Part shown: positions 1 through 12,047 of the stretch, in pieces
Layout of the letters: every line of letters starts with the position of its first letter
How positions within the stretch are numbered: position 1 is the stretch's first letter
Source of the DNA: Vitrella brassicaformis CCMP3155
Taxonomy: Eukaryota; Protista; Chromerida
Length of the DNA: 64,000 bases
Reading direction: 5' to 3'
Assembly: GCA_001179505.1 (NCBI GenBank)
Contig: CDMY01000436.1
Span: 248,001 to 312,000, forward strand
The notes under the pieces: model-generated
Told to the model about the DNA's origin: nothing
Database searches by the model: none
What the model saw: the letters and a program-made list of their open reading frames with translations, nothing else
Made by a program: the position numbers and the translations under genes

Positions 1-244
1 ATACACCAACCACACAGACACCAACACATACATACATCCATACATACATACATACATGCGCCTCATTCCCCGCTCCTTCCGTGCTGTGCAGGCTCTGCAC
101 AAGTGCACGAAAGGCACACACATGCATCCATCCATCCATGAATGCACGAAAACATTACACTACGCATCCATGCTTAGCCATACATACACACACAAGCAGC
201 ATCTCATCTTGCCCTCGCCCGACTCGCTTCCTGCTCGTCGGCCT

Positions 245-1565
245 TCACAAACTGTATCGCCTTGCGCATCCATCGCCCCTTTGTGCGTCTTGGAGCATCT
301 GCTCACGCTGCAGCCGAAACACCTCTGACAGGGGCGCCATGGAGCCATCCTTCTCGCACCGCCGCACACTCTGGGAGGCGTGGATCGCCTCGGCAGTCGA
401 CTGCTGCGCCTTGATGTCGCTGCGCAACATGTAGTTCGCCTGACACAATACATACATACACCACACAGTGTGCCATGCCATGCGTGTGTATATCCGTCCA
501 TGCGCCTCTCTCTTGCATTGACTGAGTGACTGACTGACCCAAATGATGCAGCTGGCACCCATGTCGAAGAGCCGGGTGATGTCCGTGCTCTCGTTCTCGG
601 CGTACGTGGTGGGAATGAGCACAATCGGCACGGGCTCGCGCCTCCCGCCCTCGCCCTCCTTGACCCACTCCTCCAGAAACGCCTCAACCTCATCAGATGT
701 CCGCTCAGTCGAATGGATGATCAGCGCATCAGCACCGGCGTCACGATACGCCCGCGCACGCCGAATGCACTCCGGCAGGCCCCAGCCGGCAGGCAGCGCA
801 TCAGTCCTGGCCACGATCTGGAAGTGGTTGCCGGGGTCGTCTTGCTGGAGGCTCTCGCGACACTCCTGCAGCATGTCGCAGAACTCGGCTGCGTCAGCCA
901 GGGCCTCCCTGTCCCCGTCAGCAGGCTTGATGAGGGCATTCCTTTTCGGGAAGGTTCGGTCCTCAAGGCACACACTGACAACAGATGGATTGATGGTATG
1001 GGTGGGTGGACACAGCAGCAGCCGGTGTGTTGTGCGTCGTGAGTGCTGCGTTAGCCCTGACCAACCCACCCTGCGATGCGCCGCTGATTGAGCCTGCGGA
1101 CGAACTGGCTGGCAATTTTAGAGTGGCCATGGCCTGAGTCGCCTGTTCGTTCACCGAAAGAGGAAGGAGGAAAGATAAGAGTGTCCTGTCCTATCCTGTG
1201 CGATGCGATGCCTGGCCGCTGACTGACCGTCCACGAGGACAGGGATTCGGACGGAGTCGGCGACGCGCCCCATCATGTCGGCCACCTCAGTCCAGGACAA
1301 CTCATTCGCATCACGCACACCCATCAAGGTGGACAGACCCAAAGATGAACCCCAAACACCCTGTTGTGTTGCACCATCACCCACACAGACACAGACACAA
1401 ACGTCAAACACAAACACAGCAACTAACGCGAGGCTGCTTTCTGGATTCATTGGCACGTACCTGGAAGCCCTTCTCTTCAGCGATTCGAGCCCACATAGGG
1501 ATGGGCGCGTCAATCAGGAAGCCTCGACGCCTCAGCAAGTCCCTCAGCAGCGTCCCCTTGTGCAT
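245..1565 (-). CDS. pepM: Phosphoenolpyruvate (PEP) mutase, multi-exon
   Basis: Spliced translation: MHKGTLLRDLL..GFQ/GVWGSSLGLSTLMGVRDANELSWTEV..VLVDG/DSGHG..IAG/VCLEDRTFPKRNAL..IVARTDA..GADALIIHS..PIVLIPTTY..IIW/ANYMLR..VFRLQ. This is colinear with animal and protist PEP mutases (GVRD, DxDxG, EDxxFPKxN, ARxxA, IxxHS). GT-AG junctions keep the frame. Confidence 0.9.
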
Positions 1566-1919
1566 CTCTCCGGGTACACATTCATGCAAACCGCTCACAC
1601 ATACAAGATCTGTACAGGATCTATCAAGACAAGACCTATACACTCCTTCCCCCGCTCTCTTCCCTCCTCTCCTCCTCTTCTAAGCTCGCAAAGTGGATCG
1701 CCCACTTCCACGCTCCCCAAGAGATGACTCCTTGACGACCTGGCGACGATACTGTACAACTGTAAGACGTTGAAATGAGAACACAAACATGCGACTGTTC
1801 TGTTCTGAGTGAGGTCTTGTCCTTTGTCATGTCATGGCAGGTTTGTGTTCATCATCTCGGCGCCCTCCACTCCTTCCTTTGCCTCGTCTTGTCTGTCCCA
1901 AAAGGGAAACAAGCCGGCC

Positions 1920-3975
1920 ATGAGTCAAGCACCGGTAGGCCGCACTCACATTCCGGCACGTGAAGGTCCTGCCTGGATCCATCTACTGCCGTTGTGTGTG
2001 TTGTTTATGTCAGCCTGAGCATCTCATGGCAGCCGAGGAGCTTCGCCACATCTTCAGCTATTCGCCGCCCTGGGAGCTCGGTCAGCAGCGCCTCAACAAA
2101 GACATCATGGCCCACGCACCGGCCCACTACACCCACCTCAGCATCGACTGGGACGACCAGACGACGCGGTCACTATGGGAGAAGATGCCGGACAGTGCGG
2201 CTCGCCAGTGGGGCGAGAGGGCAGTGAACCTCAAGGAACTCCTGGTGCGCTTCCCGCGTGGCTTCTCCCGCTGGCGTCGGACGACTTGGAGATAGCTGGT
2301 GGAAGGGCACTCACACGGCCGTGCGGCACTCGCGAAGAAGGAGCGGCAGCAGGCCAGAGCGGCGGCAGGGGATACAGAGGGGGGCGCCGGGAGTGGAGAT
2401 TACATCGACCAGGGCACCCTCCGGTCCATCACATTCACGGAAACCGACCAAGTGACGCCGCAGGATATGCAACGAGTCCGTGCCAGCTGCTTGGGCCCTA
2501 TCCCCACTTTCCCGCTCTCCCCCTGCGTCAATCTGCCGGCCCTTTCAGAGATCAGAGGCCTCGACGGTGACCTCGCGATGTACATAGCAGAGCGCGAATG
2601 GGCCATGGAGTCTCTGCAGCAGGTGCAGGGTGTGATGGACCTGTGGAACCCATCCTTGTGGGCATTGCTCAAGACAGCCGCCTCTCTCAAGGAGCTTGAT
2701 CTGCGTGCAGACCCCCGTGTGGTCGCCGGGGCGCTGTCGGGCGTGCCACGACCAGCTGATGGGCAGAGAGGGCGGTTGGCAGGGCTCCGGACCATCGGCA
2801 CACTCGTGCTGAGAGGAGACGACGCAGCGCACATCAATCGACTGACGGTACGCAAACAAATGCATGGAGGCTTAGTCTTTGTTGATTGGTTGGTCCTTTC
2901 GTCTCTCAGGATATATTGGTTGCTCACGGCTGTAAGTCGCTCTCGGTGGTCAACGTCCAACTCCAGGTCGACCCGGTTTTCTCCTCGAGGCTCTTCCCCC
3001 AACTCTCGGCCCTGGAGCGCCTCCGCCAATCAGCTGGCAGCACCGCCAACATTCCCATCAACGTTACAACTTCAGGCGGCATCCATGGCTTCTTCTTCGT
3101 GCTCCCTCCGAATTTGCCCCCCTTTGCCGCCCCATTCTTCACCGACACTGTCAAGAAGATCGCCAGCGAAGCCAAGGCGGTCTTCTGGGATATCGACGTG
3201 GCCCAGCTGCCCGCTCTCGACACGCCCACCGAGGACGACAGGCGTCTCATCAGCAGTCTCACATTTGGCAGGGCGGAGAGAGTCAACGTCTCCTATCAAG
3301 ATGATCTCCCTCCCAGCAACACGCCAGCCCCCGACCCTGTCGTCCTTCGTCATCTGCAACCTGACGCCTTTCCCCTCGCCAATGAGCTCAATGCATCGAG
3401 CACGGTGGCTGTACGCCACATGATCGAGGTTATGCCGCAGCTGAAGAGTCTTTACGTGAGGGCGCGTCCGCCGTCGCCTGCTGGAGAGGTGTTGGGGTTG
3501 CTGAAGACGATGGGTAGCGACAAGAAGCTGGGGATTGTGGGAAGCTCAGTGGAGTGGCCTGGAGAGGGCGGGGTGCAGTGGGGCGAGGAGAGAGACCTGC
3601 TGCCGGAGATAGGCCGACTGTCAGTGGACCCTCGCGGTGAGGTGAAAAGGATGACAAAATATGGGCTCAAATAAAAAGGGTGAAAGGTGTGTTTCTTTGT
3701 GTGCAGTACCGGATGATCCCCCTGATATTGCGAGTGTCGCTGAGACTGTCGCTGTGAGTGTGGAGTCGCTAATCGCTCTGCGAGGCCTCAGCAGTGTCGG
3801 AGTGCACGCCTGGGGCAGCACACTCCTGACTACCATGGATGACGATACGGCGGTTCGCGACGGCATCCAGCAAGAGGTCGACACCCGATTTCCCGGTGGC
3901 TTCATCAATGGGTTCCGCATCAGGACTGGCAGCAATGTCTGTGGCCTGCATGTGTCGGCGGAACGATGTGTGTGA
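1920..3975 (+). pseudogene. Lineage-expanded family protein (F-box-like N-terminus, LRR-like body) with an in-frame TAG
   Basis: ORFs 1960..2295 and 2299..3423 share a frame and are separated only by TAG 2293-2295 (WRRTTWR*LVEGHSHGRA). The gene continues through exons at ~2910-3645 and ~3707-3975. Family assignment is from recalled similarity only. Confidence 0.6.
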
Positions 3976-4143
3976 GGAGGCCTTGTACGGCTCTGTGTGT
4001 GTGTATTTATTAAGATTGTTTCTCGTCGTGGTTGATCTGGAGATCTGGAGAACGTGCGACATGCGCGTAGGGCCGTTATTTGGCGCGTGAGTTTGCAGAT
4101 GTGATCTAGAAATTCCCCTTTTCTTGGCCTTTATTCATTCGCC

Positions 4144-7100
4144 ATGCATCCCCTACAGCTGCCCCTTCTCCTTGTCCTCCAAGCCGCCTTCCAACCAGTG
4201 TCGGCCGACCTCATCAGCAGCTCCAAAGTGGAGAAATGCATCAAGACGTCCGTCTCCGACTTGGACTGCACAGAGAAGCTGGTGCTGCTCCTCAACATCA
4301 ATACGGGAGAGGTGAGCCACTCCATCACCAATTGAGGCACGCCGCCATTTTTCATGCCTTGCATGCGAGTGCTCCACAGGGCGGGTCCGAGTACCTTGAG
4401 CTGGGCGGTGTGTCGGTTGAGGACACGCTGGGCGACGGCGAGAGGGTCAATCTGTCCTTCTCGAAGGACATCCGAGTCAAGATCTTCAAGGAGGACGTGT
4501 TGGTGTCCTACCCACTGGTCTACATACAGGTGCCGCCACTTCCTCTTGCCGCTTCATATCTGTCTGTCTGTCTGATGGCAGGATGTCTATGACGATGCAG
4601 CCGAGGTGCAGAACTTCGACAATCGGCGTGCAGTCGGCGGCATTTTCTCGAGCACCGACAACTGCGAGACGGACGAGATGAAGCTGTACCGCAAGCACAC
4701 GGAGGACAACACATGGGTCAAGGACAACAAGTGGAATCGGCTCTCCTGCGGCGTGCTCTTCAAGGACGAGGGCGAGCCCGACGGGCCGGACAGGAAGTAC
4801 GAGCCCATTCCGTCGAGCGGCGGGTTCTGCTGCTTCTGCGATAACTTTGATGCGGCCTTTCCGACTATTGAGTGGAAGAGGGGGCTGCAGTTGGAGTGCT
4901 GGACATGTATGTGCCGACTTGCATACGTGCAGAAGGGATGGTTGGTGTTTGCTGTCTTGTGTGTCATTTCATTTGGTCGGTCAGTCAATTCCCCTTGGTC
5001 GTGCCATGCGATGCGCTATGGAGAGGAGAAGTAAGAGGGACAGAGACTGCCTGTCACAGCCAGCACACAATGCACGAGGATCACCCCTGTCTCTTTGTCC
5101 CCTTCCTTTCAGGAGCGAAATCTATCGTGTGCAGACCCATAAGGTTGCCATCGCCTCTTCCTGTCTGAGTGCACGTCCCCTGTGTGTCTGTCTGTTATGA
5201 GTGCAGTGGCAGTGGTCCATCAGCATCACGATGTACGACATCGCGGCCATGTACATGTGCGAGGAGATCCTGGGCGGCGTCAGCGGGTATGAGGCCAAGA
5301 GCCACCTCTGCTGCCCCAAAGCATGCGGCGAATGTGGCAATGATGAGTGCGATAAGGCACCTGGTAGGTGGATGGACACATGATGCTCTTGTTCTATCCA
5401 TGTGCGCATCGCAGGCGGCGCAACAAATTGCTGTGCAGCGCCGATGCTGTCGTCCAACCGCAACTGCTCCTCGCATGCTCCGCCCTGTGTCGTCTCCTTT
5501 GGTGAGCAGAGGGACAACAGGTTGTCTCATCCTTGACCTTTTTGTTGACTGGGTGATTGCTGCTGGTTTGGGCATTCAGGTGATTCGGGCCCCTCTCATT
5601 CTTCTTCTTCATTTCGTGAACCGACCGCCTGGACAGCCACCATCAATCCAAACAGGAAGGTTGCAGGTGCAGAGAGATAGAAACTGGTGCAGGCAGGCAG
5701 GCAGGCAGGCAGCTGGCCCATGTGTTTCGTCAGAGGCGCAGAGCATTATCGTCAAGTATCAAGGGTCGCTCCTGCCTGACGATGTGAGCGAGAAAATGCT
5801 GTACACTCGCGTGTGTAGCAGACACAGACAGGCGCGTGGATGCAATGCGTTGGTGCGTCGATGGATTGCGTCTCAGGGCGTGCCGACATGGCTGGAGGAC
5901 AAGTACGTCGTCTGGCCCGCGGAAGACAGCACAGGGGTGGGTGGCTGGGTGGCTGTCCATTCTCAGCCGCATCACATGTGTGTCTCTCTGTGTGGCGTGT
6001 CAGGACATGTTGAGGATAGGTGACGAGCGTGGCCCGCTGATCCTCGACCAGAGCCACTTCGACCTGACGGGTGCGGGCTGCGACAAGATAGGCATCACCT
6101 ACGAGGGATTCAAGCTGCAGCCAGACCGATGCAGCGCCAAGAAGAACACCTGCACGGGGCGAAACCCAAACGAGTACCGAAAGGTGGGGGGGGGGGTTGG
6201 CATGTGCGTATGTGGTTGCTTGTTTGTTTGTGTCAGGATGATCTCGACAAGCCTGCACTGGAGAGAAACTGGCTGGTGGGTCACACACACACACAGACAC
6301 AGACACGAGAGCCGACAGAGCCTCTTTGTTTCTTTGCATAGCTGCGGTACCGTGTTGAAGCTGAGTCCATCCTGCGTGCCGTTTCTCGCACCAACTTCAC
6401 CGCAGACCGAAGCGCCCGCAGCGTCACCTTCAAGGTCACAGACACCGGCTGGATGCGCACACCTCGAGTGATTCATTGGGTCATTCATTCAGTGGCTGGG
6501 CGACCACTCCTCTCTCATTACTCTGGAAGCCAAGGCAGACTCACTGCGGTAAGCACCACACGCACACAGAGAAGATGGGTCAGTGTAATGCCCGTGTCTG
6601 GTCGGCTGTGGAGTGCAGGTGGGTGCTGCAGCTGTCTCCCGGCAGGATTGTCGGGCTGCGGATGGCTGACTTTGAGGCACTCAAGGGCGGAGACCTGGTC
6701 GTCATTGTCCAGAACACAGGTAACCACATCCGTGGGTTTGGTGTGTGGTTTGGTTTCTGGCACAGCTCTCAGCACAAGGCCCGTGTCTTGTGTAGGGTGG
6801 CTGTATACATGTGTGTCGTGGCGTGGTCAGGCAAGCTGACGGCGGAATACGAGATCGGCGTCTCGTGCTGCTGGGGAAATGCAGGCTGCCAACAGATCAA
6901 ACAGGTAGGTAGGCACAAAAGCACACAGAGGCAGGCATCATCTCCCATATTGCTGTCCCGTCAGGCATCGTCAGAGAGCAACGACATGTCCTCGCTGTCG
7001 CAGGAGGCGTGCAGCTTCGTCAGCAGCAGCTACCTGCTCCACTCAGGCGCCAAGCAAGTGACCCTCTCGCCACAGGCCACACGAGAAGTGACCTTCCGGC

Positions 7101-7935
7101 TCAACACCGAGACAGAGCTCGGCGGCGCCGCCAGATGCACGGTACGGTGGGTGGATGGTATTCGATGAATGGACGAATGGATGGGCCACGCATCGATGTC
7201 CCTTGTTGTGTGTTCAGGTTGGCATGCTGAATCAGCTGGCGGCGACTGAAGACCGTCGCACCATCTGCTTCAACATCACAGCCACCGAAGTGAGCAGCAC
7301 AGACAGATAGCAGAGACCGCTGGCTGGAACTGTGTCGTTTACCATGCAGAGCACACTGGGTCAGCAGGAGGAGGGCGAGATCGGGGGTCTGGGTGCGGGT
7401 GACTACAAGCCCGACTTCCAATACGAGAAGGACAAGATATATGTCGAGGTGACCTGCCGGGACATCTGCCCATCCTTCTGGGCACTGGCATGCTTCGTCG
7501 ACAACCTGGACAGTAAGAAGGCATCGGACACACAAATCCCCTCAATCCTTCTCCCTCTCCCTTTTGCCACGTGTGTCTGTGTCAGTCTGTCTGTCCCGCT
7601 TGGGCCCTCTGGTTGGCGTCACAGTGTTGCTAGCCGTCCTGGGCTGCTGCCTCATCTGCTTCCGTAATTACATATTCTACTGCATCGCGGCCCTCTGCAG
7701 AGGCGCACGGGGGATGGCCACTGCACGGCCGCGCGTGACGTCCAACAGCCGACATCCGGTGCGGCAGGCCAGACCTGCCCGAAGACAGAGAGGGGGAAAG
7801 GACGCCAGGAAGGAGGGTGGCGGGGGTAGGACGCGAGAGAGAGATGAGGATGTCGGCCGCGAGGGGGAGGGGCCACCAGCGGTTGAGATGGGGGAGGAGA
7901 GAGAGAAGGGCAGGAGACGCTCCGCACGCAAGTGA
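4144..7935 (+). CDS. HAP2: HAP2/GCS1 gamete fusogen (class II fusion protein), multi-exon
   Basis: Signal peptide MHPLQLPLLLVLQAAFQPVSA. Motifs DLISSSKVEKC..DCTEKLVL, VSYPLVYIQ, SGGFCCFC and the HAP2-GCS1 motif DLTGAGCDKIGITYEGFKLQPDRC. C-terminal TM LVGVTVLLAVLGCCLICF followed by a basic, Cys-containing tail. Confidence 0.9.
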
Positions 7936-8193
7936 CGTTGCGAATTACGCTCTGTGCTTCAATTGCTGTGCTTCAAATGTTTACACGCACCATCTTGGCC
8001 AAAAGGCAGAGATCTGCCACCGGCTCGCGCGTTCTGCCATTGTTTGAAGTTGCTGCCGGCTTTTGTTGGTTCATCGCTACCTCAGCGCCCATCGGATCCG
8101 CCCGGCTGTCGGTTCGCACCATCCAACGGTCCCGTCCATCCATCCAACGTTCCCATCTGCGCGTGCGGTGCGTACCGAGCTAGATAGCGAGCT

Positions 8194-8993
8194 ATGGTGA
8201 AGGGCGAGAAGGCCAAGGGTGCGGGCAAGGGCGAGGAGAAGGTCAAGAAGGAGGAGGGCAAGAAGAACGGCAAGGACAAGAAGGAGGACAAGGGTCCCAA
8301 GAGAGCCGTCAGTGCCTGTAAGCGGATCGGGAGGGAGGGAGGGAGGGAGGAAGGGAGGGATGCAAGAGGGATATGGATGGATGGATGCATTCCACGCCGG
8401 CGGGATGCGGTGGTGTGGTGTGGTGTGATGTGATGTGTGTATGGTTCGGATCCCCTGGCCATGGCGTCTGGTGTGTGTATGGTGTGGTGTGTTGTGGTTC
8501 TGTGTGCAGGGAACTTCTACTACGCGGAGCGCTGCCCGCAGGTCAAGGAGGAGCAGCCCGACCTGGAGAACAAGGAACGTATGGCCTTCATTGGGTAAGT
8601 AACCTATGGTGCCCATAGGTAGATCTATGGGTGGATTGGGTGCAGCATGGCATGGAGGGGTCGGTATTTTTCTGTGTGGTGTGTGTGTGTCTATCTGATC
8701 TGTCCATCCCTCAGTGACGAGTGGAAGAATAAGCTGTCGGAGGAGGAGAAGCAGCCGTACGTCGACATGGTACGTACCACACACACACACACACACCACA
8801 CGACACCACGACGCATTGCAACGCAGCACACACCTGGGGCATGTGTGGATGTGGTGGTGTGGTGTGGTGTGGTGTGTTGTGGTGGTGTGGCGGTGTGTTG
8901 TTGATGTATGTGTGTCAGGCTGCTGAGGACAAGGAGCGCTACGAGAAGGAGAAGGCCGAGTGGGACAAGGAGAACCCCAAGGAGAAGAAGTAG
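8194..8993 (+). CDS. Single HMG-box protein (NHP6/HMGB-like)
   Basis: Lys-rich N-terminus, then KGPKRAVSA/WNFYYAERCPQVKEEQPDLENKERMAFIG/DEWKNKLSEEEKQPYVDM/AAEDKERYEKEKAEW. Four exons, TAG at 8991. Confidence 0.88.
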
Positions 8994-9882
8994 ACGGACG
9001 ACACACATACACATACACACATCCGCCATACACACCCATAGATAGCCATAGCGATACCAATGCACCATCCATCCATCCCTCCCTGTCTGTCTGTCTGTCT
9101 GCATGACGCATGCTTGTATCGCACACACACACACAGCCACACAGACAGACAGATAGCCTGACGGACTGACCGACTGACTGACTGACAGAGAGGAGATAGC
9201 CAGAAAGACAAACATACAGACAGACAGATACGCACACACGATATGCGCATTCGATTGATCATGACGACTGACGATTCATGACGCTTTTCCCCTCTCTCTC
9301 GTGTGTGCGCGGCCCGGCCAGCAGCCTCTCTCTGCCGCTGTGGGGCCGGGCACACACGGGGGAACGAGTGGGCCACCGCACCGCACGAACAGACAGACAG
9401 GCAGACAGACGGACGGATTTGCAGATACAGAAGGACAGACCGACAGACAGATCGACAGATTGCAGAAGTTGAAGAGAGGATAGCCGTAGAGCCGACGGAT
9501 GGATGGATGGATGGGTGTGCGTGTTCATATGCCTGCCTGCCTGCCTGCCTGTGTGTGTGTGTGTGTGTGTGTGTGCCTGTGCCTGTGCCTGTGTGTGTGT
9601 GTGTGTGTGACCCCAATTCAGAGTGTCTGTGGTCGTCGATGGATGGAGGGATGGATGGATGAGTGCACACATGTGGACGGCCGTGTGTGCGTGTTCCGTG
9701 TGTGAGAATGGCCTGACTCCTCTCTCTCTGTGAATATTCATTCGTGGACCATTCAGAGCGTCACACATACACACACACACACAAAGACCACCACACACGC
9801 CACGCCATCATCCACACCACACACACGCTACGCCACCCGCCACCCACCAAACAGCTTCCTAGCCATCGATTCGATTACCCAC

Positions 9883-11854
9883 TCATCCTTTCTCTCCCTT
9901 CTCAGTCGCATCATTACTCCTCCCGCTACCACTTCTACCGCCAGCAGCAGGTCCACCACTCGGCTCTAGGATGAGTTTGGTGAGTGTGGCCATGCTCAGC
10001 TGCGTCACGACCACCTGCAGTATCAACAAAAAGAGTATCTCCACACCCACCAACAGCTGCGCCTGGGCGGGCGCCAATCCCAGTGCACCCACTGCCCCCT
10101 CGACAGCCGTCTGCTGCACCGCACCAACTGCACCCATCTCCACTTGAGCATCGGCAGCTGCTAATGGCGGCGGGACAGCAGCAGACAGCGCGGCCACCAC
10201 ATCGCTCTCGGCACCATTGCTGGTGGGAGTGCTGCTGCTCGTGAAGACCCCCAAGATGGACTGCCACAGCGCTGTGAGGCGCTCAATGGGGTTGCTGGTG
10301 TTAACGGCGCCATCCACTGTGGGTGTGGCGGGCGATAGGGAGAGGGATGGCGGGGGGGCCCGGGGAAAGACGCTGCTGAGCAGCTGGTCGCCAATGATCC
10401 CATCAACTATGTTGACTGACCAAAACCGACAGACAGACAGACAGCACGGCAACATAACACACGACCAACATACAGACAAGGAGGGATCTCTGCGTGTGTG
10501 ACCCGCATACGCACCTTTGAGGCTTCCCAGGAAGTAGGCGGCGAGGAACATCTCAAGAGGCAACGACGTCAGGCCAAGCACATACCTAAACCAACGCATA
10601 CAGCCACACGAATGCAGCATGGACACACGCACGCCCCTCCCTCCCTCCCTCCCTCCCTTGTCTGCTGACTGACTGACCTACCAGTGTGCATCGAAAGGTA
10701 TCGGAAGGATTGGCGCGAATCTGAGGAGCAATGCGACCTTGAACCCCTCCAAGCGGTCTCCCATGACACCGTTGAGGCGCCTGAACCACCCCTGCTCGCC
10801 CCACCGGCCCGCCACCCAGTCGCGCAGGATGTACCGCCCAATGAGGAAGTTGACACTCGCCGACGCAGTGCCGAGGGCGTTGCTCGTGACGATGCCCGGC
10901 AGCAGCCCGCCGAACAGCAGAGGCGACAGGAAGGCCACGAGTGTGCCTGGATGGATCGATGGATTGATGGCATATGAGAGACACAGATGATGGATGTAGA
11001 GCGATTCATTCTCAATCATCACGCACCGAATGGCACCCATTCGGAGAGGCAGAGAAGGCGTTCGACCAGGAGGATGACGAAAATGGCCCCGCACTTGGTG
11101 CTATAGTCTAACGCCGACAGCTGCTCGAAAACCGGACGCACAGTGCTAATGTCGGGGAAGCCAAATTCACTCAACAGATCCGGCAAGCCAACGGCCTGCA
11201 TTGTATATATATACACACACACACACACAGGCATCGCCTCTTCCCCTCCCTCGTCTGTGTGCGTACGCTGCCTACCCCTTGGAGCGTGACTGCCCTGACC
11301 AACACGGTCCGCAGTATCGCCACTATGATAACAGCATTCACAGCCGCCGCTGCCCCGTTGGCCAACACACTCGTGTCAACCCTCTCCCCAACATCGTCCA
11401 GCCGCCGCCTGAACCGCCCCCAGCCGTCCCGGTAGTACTGCACCACAGCGGCCCACGGCAGCGCCTGACGCCCATCGCCGTCATTGTCAAGGAGCAGCCG
11501 TGATGCGTTCTTCTCTTCGTCCATCCATGCGCGATATTCGCTGACGAGGTAGGGGAAGATCTCACGGGCGTCGGTCAGCCGCTCCGTGTCGTTTGTGTGA
11601 CTCAGAGGTGGTTGGGATGGCTCATTGAGCGGGTCCTTTATCGCCGGCAAGGGTGAGAGATGCCGGCCGCTGCTGCCGCGCCTCCGCCATGGGCGCGTGT
11701 TGTGATGACGGACGGGCGTGAGGCCTCGGTGCTGCTGACGCATGGGGATGCCGCTGAGTGCTGCTGATGATGAGTGATGCAAAGCTCGGCAGGTGTGTGC
11801 ATACATGACGGCCGTCATCCCCTGCACAAAGATTCCAAGATGCCGCAACCTCAT
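9883..11854 (-). CDS. TVP38/TMEM64 (VTT/SNARE_assoc) family membrane protein, probably plastid-targeted
   Basis: FGGLLPGIVTSNALGTASASVNFLIGRYILRDW..EGFKVALLLRFAPILPIPF..YVLGLTSLPLEMFLAAYFLG matches the VTT domain pattern. Long N-terminal Arg/Ser/His-rich extension. Confidence 0.75.
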
Positions 11855-12047
11855 GATAGATGCTCCTCCCCTTCAAGGCTTAGCTCGTAGATCTGGCGAG
11901 CTTAGAAGGCAAGACCAGGCTAGGAGGCTCTTTCAACAGCTTAAGGCCAGTGGGCAAGGGCCCTTTCACCGCTGCTTGAAGCAAGAGGCTTCAAAACAGA
12001 CAGATCTGCACAAAAGTTGATCCGAGTACATCACACGAGTGGCCGCC

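Noticed and set aside
543-1091. Long antisense ORFs over real genes (also e.g. 2400-3029, 26572-27099, 22170-22631)
   Set aside because: Shadow frames expected in GC3-rich coding DNA; no independent protein features.
8077-9670. Long ORFs rich in CV/HT/TDRQ repeats
   Set aside because: Translations of (GT)n, (CA)n and (GACA)n microsatellites in introns and UTRs.
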